A stretch of 45,332 nt of DNA, the filler included, from Jimgerdemannia flammicorona (lineage: Eukaryota): the NCBI GenBank assembly GCA_003990765.1. It is 2 parts of 2 records of this genome, joined end to end, with 100 filler letters (N's around TTAATTAATTAA, not from the genome) between each part and the next. Parts side by side here need not be neighbours in the genome. Positions count along the whole stretch, not along the records: positions 22,720 to 45,332 come from RBNJ01001241.1; 1 more part is not named here. One strand, 5' to 3'. Made by a program: the position numbers and the translations under genes. This document shows, piece after piece, positions 35,001-45,332 of this stretch. Every line of letters begins with the position of its first letter. Positions within the stretch are counted from its first letter, which is position 1. The notes below the pieces were generated by a model. That model was not told the DNA's origin, did not search any database, and was given only the letters and a program-made list of their open reading frames with translations.

Positions 35001-37355
35001 ATGCTACCAACTTCATGGAAGCCCAAGATCCTATGGGAAGAAGAGGAATCAATTATCTCCGAGACCCCTCTACTAGAGCCAGATGGCCACACCTCAACCT
35101 CAGAGCTTGGAGGCTCTCTGCTAGCAGAGCTTCAGCCTTAGGAAAGTCTGAACTTAGCAAGGATATTGCCCAGTATGCCCTGCTATATCCCAAGGCCAAA
35201 TCCCCGACCAAAGTCCACCCAGAGGATGTAGGATATAACCTTCACAGCCTGGAGGACAAATCTATCAAGCCTGGAAAAACCTTCATGATCAGAACTGGAT
35301 TAGCCATATAGCCACCCCAAGGAGCTTACATCCAACTGACCTCAAGGTCTGGACTTGCTAGACAAAGAATAACTGTGGAAGGAGGAACTATCAACCCAGG
35401 ATATACAGGCGAAATCAAGGTTATTTTACATAACAGCAGTGTAGAATGGCACTGAATCATTAGAGGACAGAAGATTGCCCAAGCAGTATTCATGAAGATC
35501 AAGAACCCTCAGTTACAAGAAGTCTCTGAACTAACCAAAGGAACAAGACAAGCCAAAGGATTTGGAAGTTCAGATATGAAAGAAGTATACCTCCTTCAAG
35601 TCAACCACCTCAAGAAGAATGTTCCCCAACAAGTATACTGGCAACCAGTCAGACTGCACAAAAATCTCATCCTGGAGCCTGGAGATCAAGCTACTTTCGA
35701 AATCTTTGTACCACCTGACCCCAGAAATCTTTCTTTGAACCCAAGGAAGATATCCCATACCTGGACATAGAGGGATACACATTCCCTGACAAGATGAATC
35801 CAGTACACTCCCAAGCAACCAACCAAAGTTGGGAAACCATTATCTTGCCAAAAGGAACCATTATAGGACATCTGGTGCCTTTTCTCAACCAAACTCATAG
35901 GGAAGTTTATGAACTAAACCTATCAGGAAATGGCAAAAGGTCCCAGAAGAAAGGAAAGACCCCTCTGCGACCCAGGAAACAGTGAAGCCTTCCACCAACA
36001 TTGGAGAAGAATTGACACCTGAACAACAGCAACAACTAGTAGAACTTCTCAACAAATACCAAGATATCTTCACTACCAATTATGGCAACCTGCCATACAA
36101 TCCATCATATCACCACAGCATAAATATAGGAAATGCAACCCCCATCCAGCAGAAACCCTATAGAATACTCCATCACTTGAAAACATTCAAAAAGGAGCAC
36201 ATTCAAGAACTCTTAGACAATGAAGTCATCTGACCCTCTACCAGCCCCTGGGCTAGCCCTATACTTATTGTACCAAAGAAAGGAGGATGGAGACTCTGTA
36301 TGGATTACAGAAAACTTAATTCAGTCACTGAAAAAGATGCCTATCTTCTGCCCAGAATCAATGACCTTTTGGACCAGTTACAAGATGTCAGATACTTCAG
36401 CAGTATAGACCTCTTCACAGAATTCCATGAAATTCCCATGGACCCTAAAGACATTCAAAAGACAGCCTTCCTTGCTCTAGGAAAACTGTTTGAATACCTC
36501 TGAATGCCCTTTGGACTTTGCAATGCACCCCTCACTTTTCAGAGAATGATGAATTCGGTCTATGCCCCCCTGATCCACTACTGCCTGATTGTATACATGG
36601 ATGATTCCAATATCTATTCAGCAAATTTCGAAGAACACCTGCACCACCTAGAGGAATTCTTCAAACTCATCTGCAAAAATCACTTGAGACTAAATGCAAA
36701 GAAATACTACTTTGGGAAACAGAAACTTGAATTCCTTGGATTCATAGTCTCAAAAGAAGAAACCCATACAGACCCAAAGAAAACTAAGAAGATCAACAAT
36801 TGGCCAGTATCAAAGACCCCAAAAGAAACACTATCATTCCTGATGCTAGTATCCTACTACAGAAGGTTTATCAAGAACTTTGCCCAAATTGCTGCCCTAA
36901 TCTGGATCCTCCTCAAGAAAGAAGTACCATTCAAATGGACAGAATCACAGAAAATAGCCTTCAGAAAACTCAAGAACCATATGACCACAGCACCAATCCT
37001 TGTGCACCCCAATCTACAGAAGCCATTCATCCTGTATACAGATGCTTCCAAAGATGGCCTAGGAGTAGTTCTAGCCCAAGAAGGACCCAATCAACAGCAG
37101 ATGAACTATGGTAGCACCAAACTGGAATGTCTTGCAGTCATATGGGTAGTCACTCTGTTCAAGCATTACCTCATTGAAAAAAGGTTCACTCTGATCACAG
37201 ACTATACAGCCCTCAAATAATTATTCTACCATAAGAAACCCACCAGAATTCTAGCCCGATGGATCCTTATCCTTCAGAATTACAAAATTACCATCATCCA
37301 CAAGGCAGGGAAAGCTCACAACAATGTTGATGTACTTTTCCACCAGCCCCAATGA
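32001..37355 (+). pseudogene. Element C gag-protease-spacer-dUTPase-RT-RNase H polyprotein remnant
   Basis: LPTFAGYP (capsid start), ILIDTGA (protease), SPWASP, DYRKLN, MPFGLCNAP, YMDD, FILYTDASKDGLG. The frame probably extends upstream of 32001. Confidence 0.92.
35190..35575 (+). pseudogene. dUTPase domain of element C
   Basis: DVGYNL, SRSGLA, GGTINPGYTGEI, KIAQAVF, RQAKGFGSS. Confidence 0.92.
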
Positions 37356-38431
37356 ACCAGAAGAAGGGTGTCCCAAGAAACTACATCCTAAAGGAAGCTC
37401 CTCAGACCATCAAGGTACAAGAAGATCTTATCCAAAAAGAACATCAGAAAGCCCACTAAGGACAAGCAAACATAGAAGAGAAGCTGCAAACAATACACCA
37501 ACATTGGCCCAATCTCAGAACACAAGTCTGAGACATTATTCAGAAATGTGACACCTACCAGAAGTACCAAGGAAAGAAGAACTATCAAGCCCCCCTGCAA
37601 CCAATTCCTCCACCCACTCACATCTTTCAAAGATGGGGAGTAGATATAATTGAACCTCTACCAGTTATACCAAGAAGAAATAAATACATCTTTGTATTTA
37701 TAGTACATCTGACCAAGTGGCCTGAGGCTTTCCCAATGGAAATTGTGGATGCCCTAACCAGTGTAGGCCTTCTCTATGAACTCACACTCAGATATGGATC
37801 CCCAGAAGAACTCATCTCTGACCAAGGTACAGAATTCATCAACAACATAATCACAAGTTATGCTCAAATTCACAAGATCTATCTCAAATGGACCACATCA
37901 TACCACCCCCAGACCAATGGCATGATAGAAAGGATGAACCAGACCATTAAGAAAGGACTTGCCTGAGTCAATGCTATCAATTGGGACCTCTGCTTACCTG
38001 AGATCCTATGGGAAATTCAGAACACCCCTGCTGCCTCCACCAAACAAAAGCCATTCGAAATAATATTTGCCAAGTAAACCAGAACTGCTGACCATGAGAA
38101 AATTGGAGACCTCCTCAAGAAGGCAGAACAGTTATGTAATCAAGCCAAAGGTCAGATTATCAAAGCCCAAGAAATACAAAAGAAGTATTATAATCAGAAA
38201 TGGAAAGATCAGAAGATCAAGATTGGAGATCAAGTACTAGTTTGGAGAAGCATGGTTGAAACAAACTTCACCACCAAATTGGAGCCCAAATGGGAAGGAC
38301 CTTATCTTGTATACAACATCAGAGGAACCAGTATCTATTTAAAAAGTATGGATGGATGAACCCTGAAGACACCAGTACACATAAATCACCTCAAGATATA
38401 TCTCTCCCCACACTATAAATCAGAGAATTGA
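37352..38431 (+). pseudogene. Integrase of element C
   Basis: H..AH..CDT(C) zinc-binding remnant, WGVDII, ISDQGTEF, YHPQTNGMIERMN, KWEGPY; its ATG overlaps the RNase H TGA. Confidence 0.9.
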
Positions 38432-38999
38432 CAACTGCCTCCAGACCCTTGTCCTCAGTTCCCTCCAAGCCCTACCAGTTCTCCTGCCTCAGTTCTGAGA
38501 ACCCAATGGAACATATCTTCAGAAAATCCAAGTTCATCAAGAGAACCTCACTCTGGCTGAGAGACTACTCCAGGTCCACCAGCTGTAGGCATACTATACA
38601 ATTGGAGAACAACTGCAGAATCTCCCCCTCCCAGACCTAGCTTATGTTTATAACACTACTGGCCTGAACAGAAGAAATACTACTGCTGCAGACAGACTAT
38701 ATACAATCTACAAATGAAATCCTTCTGCCTTAATCCAGGCCCAGTTCTCTCTAAATGACCTTCAGAGGATGACACTGCCTACCTATCTCAGTATCATTCA
38801 CCAAGTTGAGATCCTATTTCCTGAGGAAGAAGAGGAGCCCCTGGAATGGAGTGACTGTAGCTCAGATGATGATGATGGAATAGGTATAGATACAGAAGCT
38901 GCTTATGCCTATTGGGATGATGACTGAAGAATAGTCTGAGACAGACACCCTTCAGTGGGGGCTGATGTAACAAACCAAAATGTACCACCTGAATTATAA
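38415..38999 (+). pseudogene. ORF3 of element C, unknown function (~194 aa)
   Basis: One frame from ATA (probable decayed ATG) to TAA inside the LTR; only TGA/TAG interruptions; similar to ORF3 of A. Confidence 0.72.
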
Positions 39000-40349
39000 C
39001 TTAGCCAGATGATGTGAACAATTAGCATACTTACTCAGCATGATGTGACTTTCAGTATATCATAGTTACCCATGCCTGCCATACTTATAATTAGCCAAGA
39101 TACCAGATCAGGATTATTTATCTGTATCCTGAGGACACACTCAAATCCTGTGGACACACTCATGTCCTGTGGACACACTCATGTCCTGCAGATACACCTG
39201 TACCCAGAGGACACACCCAAACATTACCAGAAGTGGTAAATCTATAGTTAGCCACACAGCAACCAGATAGCAACCAACTTGTATAAATTACCCCAGAGAT
39301 AAGAGTGAATAAACCTCAGTTGGAATTGAAGTACAAACCAAAGAAGCCTCTAAAGATTGAGCAATTGGTCCCCTTATTCCCACTCTGGTCCACTTTCTGA
39401 TACAAAGATTGATTGGTATGCTTACTAGATAAGCCTGAAGAATTTGAGTTTGCCACCTAAGTTCAAGGAAGAACTTTACTACCTTTTGAAGAGAAACCCA
39501 CTGCTTAAGGAATAAGCTACTGTTTTCAAGTTATTTGCTACCATTCTTGCCACAAGCCAGTCTTTCTGATGTAACTTCACAGTGGAGCCAGTCTATGATG
39601 TAACTACACACAAATAAAGCCAGTCTTTGATGTAACTTACCAAGAATTCTAGTTAATTTCCAGTTGAAGCCACCATTTTCAAGAAGTCTGCTGATTCAGA
39701 AGAATCTATATCATTCACTGTTTTTAAGTTATCTGCATTTCCAGAAGAGCCCAATTTGGAATAACTCTTACCATTCGAGTAGTATTCCCAGTTGAAGCCG
39801 AATCGGCAACATCTGAGTTATTTGTCATTCCCAGTGAGTCTGAGAAGAATCTGCACCAGTATAATTTCCAGTGAGCCAAATTGAGTTATCTGCCAAATTA
39901 TCAGAATGTCCCACATAAGGAACCCACTGCACTATACAGAAATTGCCTGCCACCCAAGAAGGAGAACCACTAAATTGTCAGACCATCATATACAAGATCA
40001 TCACACTATACAGAAATCACCTGCCACCCAAGAAGGAGAACTGCTAAATTGCCAGATCATCATATACAAGATCATCACACTACACAAATTCTGCTATTCC
40101 CAGTTGACCCAAGAAGGAAACCTGTTTATATACACAAATTACTGCTATACCCAAGAACCGTCCCAATTAGGAAATCGATACACAAATTGCTTGCAGATAT
40201 CCAGCTTTAACTATTATACCACTAAACACCAAGGACCTCAGAAATCTTAGAACATTTTGTTGCTTTTTAACAAAGTAACTGAGGGCTCAAGCCAAACTAC
40301 ATCAACCCCCAACCTTGTAATTTGTCTCTATTGAGACAGGCACATTACA
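38966..40349 (+). repeat. 3' LTR of element C
   Basis: TGTAAC...TTACA; preceded by AGTGGGGGCTGA; followed by TSD GTAT. Confidence 0.93.
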
Positions 40350-42210
40350 GTATATATAATAATGTCTTGGCTAAGACAGATCTTCTGATATTAGCAGTTT
40401 TGGCAGTCTAGATGTTTTTCATGATTACAATATCCCATTGCTTGGAAATATAGTTTCTGATTATTAATTTCTTGTTATCTTGGGAATCAGTATCCATCCC
40501 CATCATAAGTTGAGAGAAGAGTGACCAGGGGCTGTACTTCTGTTTAGATAAAGTGTCCTTTTCTATTAGATTACTTTTTTTAGCCATATGGTAGTTTTTT
40601 GGAATATAGTTGTCTGGACAATTATGATCAGGACATCTGATCTATGGGGTCTCTGTCTTTCTTATTTGTCTAATAGAGAGTATTAATAGCAATAGTCTCA
40701 GAGAGAGTGAAAGACTATTTGATATTAGTATCTCTTAGACAAAAGGCTCTTTTCTGATGTATTTTCTATCTTGAGACAATGATAACTATACTTGGTCCTT
40801 CCTCAATATTCCAAGAGTCATCATCTTCTAATAGTATTCAATAAGAGTCATCCCAGAAGATAAGTTCAGAAGCTCCTTATATTTGGAGACTTCTTGTTTA
40901 GAAGTCTCTTCTTCAGATATTTCTTGATTCCAAATTACTTATACTTCTGCTGCTTTGGCTATAGATATTTTAAGAGTATGGTTGCACTTCTTCTTTCTCT
41001 TTCTACACTTTGAGCAGACTGTACCAGGTGAATTTCTTATTTCAATAATTTTGAAGGAGTGTTCAGGGTACTTATATCTCTTGAGATAGATGAGGCATCC
41101 TTTGATTTATCCTGTAATAGCTCTGATTGTAATGAGAATGATATCTTTGACCCACATAGTCTTTTAGTCTATCATCAACCAGATTGATTTGTGAGTTGAG
41201 TCTGGGATTATTTCTATCTTCAGATTCTTTTTCTTCTTCTATGATAGATTTCTTGCTACTGGTATACTCTTTTTGAAAAATAACCTTCTTCTTTTTCTTC
41301 AATTACTTATAGCTGGTCATTTTGATTCTATACTTATTTTCTCTATAGTCGAATTTAAGCATCTGTTGGCAAATTTCAATGACTGCATTAATTTCCTTCA
41401 TCCAGTTAGTACCAAGAATCAAGTCATAGGTGATAGCTTTAGTGACAACAGCTTTTGGGATAGAGAACTTGATATATCTCAGAGAGATGGTAATATTTTA
41501 CACTTCTCCAAGGAGTTGAGTTTGGGCTCCATCTGCTACTATGATGCTAAGGTTAGATAGTCCATCAATGGGCCACTAGAGAGTATCTAGGAATCATTTA
41601 GCTATAATACAGATAGCTGCTTCTGTATCAATGAGGATTTTTATCTTTTGTCCTCCAATTTCTCTATGTAGATATATGCTGATATGTCTTTCTACAGCCT
41701 GAATAGTAGTTGAGACTGGTTCTTGTTATAGAATTGGAATTTGGCCAGTACTATATCTTATAGATCTCAGTAACTTATTTCAAACTCTAGTAAGTATTAG
41801 TTTTAGATACTATAAGAGAGATACTTCTATTTTGGCTTTTTGAATATTTTATCAGACTTCATTATAGATATCTCTGAGTATAGTCTTTGGGGTATATTTC
41901 TTTTTGGACTTTAGAATAATAGGCTTTTGTTCTTCTTGCTCTATTTCTTCATCATCTAGTTATAGTTTATTTATTTTAGAGACAAGTAGTAAGAAAGACA
42001 AAGGAGATATTTCTACCTACTTTTCTTCATATTCTTTATCTTATTTCTGAATAATTCTTCTACTAATATTTCTGGATGATCTTTCTATAGATCTTTTCCT
42101 TTTCTCTGCTGGATAGACTATCTTTCTAGTAATGGCTTTGGCTAGATATAAATCTAGATCACTTTAGTCTTTATTACTTCCTTTTTCAAAGTCTTCAACA
42201 GAATAGACTT

Positions 42211-42370
42211 TGTTATGGAATACTTGGAAGAGTAGAGAGAAGAGAGGGCTATACTTGTTTATTGATAGCTAATGTACTTTTATTCATATTGATGATATTT
42301 ATAAATAATAATACAGATAGGCTACACCTCTACATATATATCAAGTTACTATAATTAAGATATTTCAACA
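42211..42370 (-). repeat. Probable 3' LTR of a second Copia-like element
   Basis: TGTT...CAACA, 160 bp, adjacent PPT-like TTAAGTAGGAG on the minus strand; interrupts the old C copy; no partner LTR in the window. Confidence 0.55.
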
Positions 42371-42999
42371 CTCCTACTTAATAAGATATATTCCAGAATA
42401 TACAGAATATATAAATAAAAAGAACTGAACAAATTATGACCAACTAGATACTATCTAGATGATCAAAAAATATCTAAATTTCCTACTTATAAGCATAAAA
42501 ATAAATAAAGAATATAGTGAAAAATGAAGATCCAAAATAATATTAATATAGAAAATTACTTACAACTAGATGAAACTAGCAATATTGATGAGAGATATAA
42601 ATGTAAGATATAAGAAATACATATTATCAAGAGCTATAATATGTCTAAAACTATCCCTAATTTTACTATAGTATATAATTCAATAGTTAGCCATAGAATA
42701 ATTGGAAAATTTAATTTATATTAAATAAGATTGAGGTTTATTTTAATGAATATTCTAGGCTCTATTAATAATATAGATTGCTCTATTTCTAAAAAAAGGC
42801 TTTGAGAGCTTACAGAGTTCTTAAAAAAAGTCAGATTGACTTCATATATAGCTTATCTGGAGATTTTTACTAGATGTCTTATTGTTTATAAAAAGTAGCA
42901 TACTAAGCTATTGAGTTATTAAGTTACTATACTCAATGATAAAATTAAATAATTCCATTTGATGTACATACTTTGCACTTTCATATAATATATATATAT

Positions 43000-45040
43000 T
43001 ATAATAAACTAAAATATACTATCTGAATTATAACTTAGCCAGATGATGTGAGCTCCCAGTATGAGTGTAACATAGTTACTCATGTCTGCCACACTTATAA
43101 TTAGCCAGGATATCAGACCAGGGTTGTTTATCCATATCCAGAGGACACACCTGTGTCTGGTGGACACACTCATGTCTGGTGGACACACTCATGTCCTGCA
43201 GACACACTCATGTCCTGTGAACATACCTGTACTCAGAAGATACACCCAAACATTACCAGAAGTAGTAAATCTATAGTTAGCAACATAGTAACCAGATAGC
43301 AACCAATCTGTATAAATTACCCCAGAGACAAGAGTGAATAAATCTCAGTCCAAAATTGAATCCAAAAGCAAAAGACAAGTCTGCCTACCACACTTTGAGA
43401 GGAACTCTATAGCCACTGTTAGGAGATTGTAAGCATTGGTCCCCTTTTCCACTCCAGTCCACTTTCTGATACAAAGCCTTGGTTCACTTTCCAGATAAGC
43501 CTGAAGAGTCTGAGTTTGCCGCCTAAGTTCAAGAAAGAACTTCACTGCCTTTTGAAGAGAAACCTGCTGCTTAAGGAATAAGCTGCGTTATTGGTATGCT
43601 TGCCAGATAAGCCTGAAGAACCCAAGTTTCCGCCACCTGCCTTGCTCAAGCCAGTTTCTGACACAACTTCGCAGTGATCCATTGCACAAACAAAGCCAGT
43701 CTTTAATGCAACTTTGCCAAGAGACTCTTTCCCAGTTAAAGCTGCCATTCCCAAGTTATCCGCATTCCCAGAAGCCTGCCGATTCAGGAAGAATCTGCGA
43801 CGTCCAAGTTATCCAAGTTATCCGAGCTATCCACGCCATCCGAGTTACTAGTTTGTTTCTAGTGAGCCTGATTCAGGAATAATCTGCACCATCCGCCATT
43901 CCCAGAAGCATCCACTGCCAGTATAATTCCCAGTGAACCCGCACCCAAATCGAGTCATCCACCAAATTGCATAAGAAGTCCACCCGCGTTACACAGAGAT
44001 TGCCGTGCTACACAAGGAGATCGTCATGCAGAAATTGCATACTTTGGAGATCATCACACTACACACGAAATTCTACCAATTCCCAGTTGGCCCAAGAAGG
44101 AACCCCATTCACAAATCGCTGCTACACTCAGAGAACCATCCTAATAAGGAACCCTGATGAAATTGACTATTGTATCCAGATTGACTATTATATCACTAAA
44201 CACCAATAAGGACCTTAGGAATCTTAGAACATTTTATTGCTTTTTGACAAAGTAACTGGGGGCTCAAGCCAAACTACATCAACCCCCAACCTTGTAATTT
44301 GCCTCCATTGAGCCAGGCATGTTACATTTGGGGGCTCAACTGGGAAGATTTCAAAATTGATATGACTTTTCAGCTCACAAGAACCCACAGTCAAACTGGA
44401 TACATTTGATACAATATTAATCTCTGCCACCACAGGAGAACCAGTTATCACCAGCATCTGGACAGGAAGAGAAGTAATCACTTCAAGACTTGCCAATTAC
44501 CCAGCATCAAAAGGATCCCAACCAGAAATCAGTATAGCCTGAAATCCCCAACTAGATCAATCAGACAATACAGGTGGCCCTGTTGGAGATTTTGAAGAAC
44601 TTGTACAAGAACTACAAGATCTTATTACACAAGCCTGAGATCTTACAGCCAGATACCCCATACCAGTCCCACCAATCTCACCAGTAGAACCTTTACCACC
44701 ACCCCTTGAAGAATTGAAAGTAGCTTCTACAAGAATACCTAGGCTCATTCTACTTCACCCAAGGCCCAGAACACTATCCTCAAGATACCCCAGCACTCCC
44801 ATCTCTAGTGATAGTTCAGAAAGTGAATCAGAGTCAGAATCTGAATCAGATTCTAGACCAGAACCAGAATCAGAAGAAAGTGACAACAAAATGACCACCT
44901 TATTGCCAATCTTTGCAGGATATCCCAAGAAAGACCCCAGAGAATTTCTTGATGGAATTGAAGGAATTGCAGCTCTCAGAAATCTCTCAGATGAAAGAAA
45001 AATCGCCATCTATATGGCCCAGCTCAGAGAACTAGCCAGA
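43000..45040 (+). mobile_element. Family C copy: 5' LTR (43000-44326), PBS and start of gag
   Basis: Homologous to 30038-32150; LTR ends GTTACA and is followed by TTTGGGGGCTCAAC; gag cut by a LINE at ~45040. Confidence 0.9.
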
Positions 45041-45332
45041 ATGGGGTGGAGTGTCAGCAGGGTCTTGGCCAGGATCTTAGGCCGAGTGGTTGGCAAGGGG
45101 CAGGGATCGGCGAGGAGTGGGACTGGGCGGGTGTCTGGTCTTGGAGTGCTGAGGTACAGAGGTGGCTTCCTCCCAAGTACTGGGTGGTGTGGTGGCGAAT
45201 GCTGTGGAGGAATGTCATGCTGAATTTTCGCACTGGGCATCTGGTGGATGGTGGCCAATTTGATTATAAGGAGTGTTACAATGTAGGGCAAGATGGGGGA
45301 TTTGTGCAGACGCCGGAACATTGGCTGGGAGA
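45041..45332 (+). mobile_element. 5'-truncated LINE fragment inserted in family C gag
   Basis: Colinear with ~21950-22240 and ~15640-15930; retains CpGs; runs off the window. Confidence 0.88.

Larger units (their letters stand above)
30038..40349 (+). mobile_element. Complete Ty3/Gypsy LTR retrotransposon, family C (10.3 kb, inactivated)
   Basis: LTRs of 1405 and 1384 bp; 4-bp TSD GTAT (30034-30037 and 40350-40353); PBS and PPT; gag-PR-spacer-dUTPase-RT-RH, then IN and ORF3. Confidence 0.95.
23582..42210 (-). mobile_element. Older family C copy in three pieces (23582-24095, 29198-30037, 40350-42210), host to the Copia and the complete C element
   Basis: Pieces are reverse-complement colinear with ~32980-36195 of element C and rejoin across the GTTTG and GTAT duplications. 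Confidence 0.88.

Noticed and set aside
44714..45223. Gag-LINE chimeric ORF
   Set aside because: Junction read-through; the LINE half is not in the ORF2 frame.

Overview
Eukaryotic, most likely fungal (early-diverging or Mucoromycota-like by inference) repeat-dense DNA made almost entirely of nested, decayed retrotransposons. Contents: (i) a heavily mutated minus-strand Ty3/Gypsy relic (B) split by a complete 6.7-kb Gypsy element (A; 498-bp LTRs, CTAC target-site duplication); (ii) the 3' end of an A-related element (X); (iii) four copies or fragments of a second Gypsy family (C; 1.4-kb LTRs, tRNA-Pro-type PBS), one complete (GTAT TSD) and nested inside another C copy; (iv) a complete Ty1/Copia (144-bp LTRs, GTTTG TSD); (v) a head-to-tail cluster of L1/Tx1-type LINEs plus one more LINE fragment; (vi) a 100-bp assembly spacer; (vii) one host-type CDS, an intronless, CpG-rich TMA46/ZC3H15 that directly abuts a Gypsy relic (probable retrocopy). 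Most notable: manual translation through C-to-T stop codons shows that A, C and X each carry a homologous, non-envelope ~175-195 aa ORF after integrase. In A and C the integrase is also a separate ORF overlapping the RNase H stop, and dUTPase occurs in two different polyprotein positions across the Gypsy families. All calls are by eye; no database searches were run, and most boundaries other than LTR/TSD ends are approximate.
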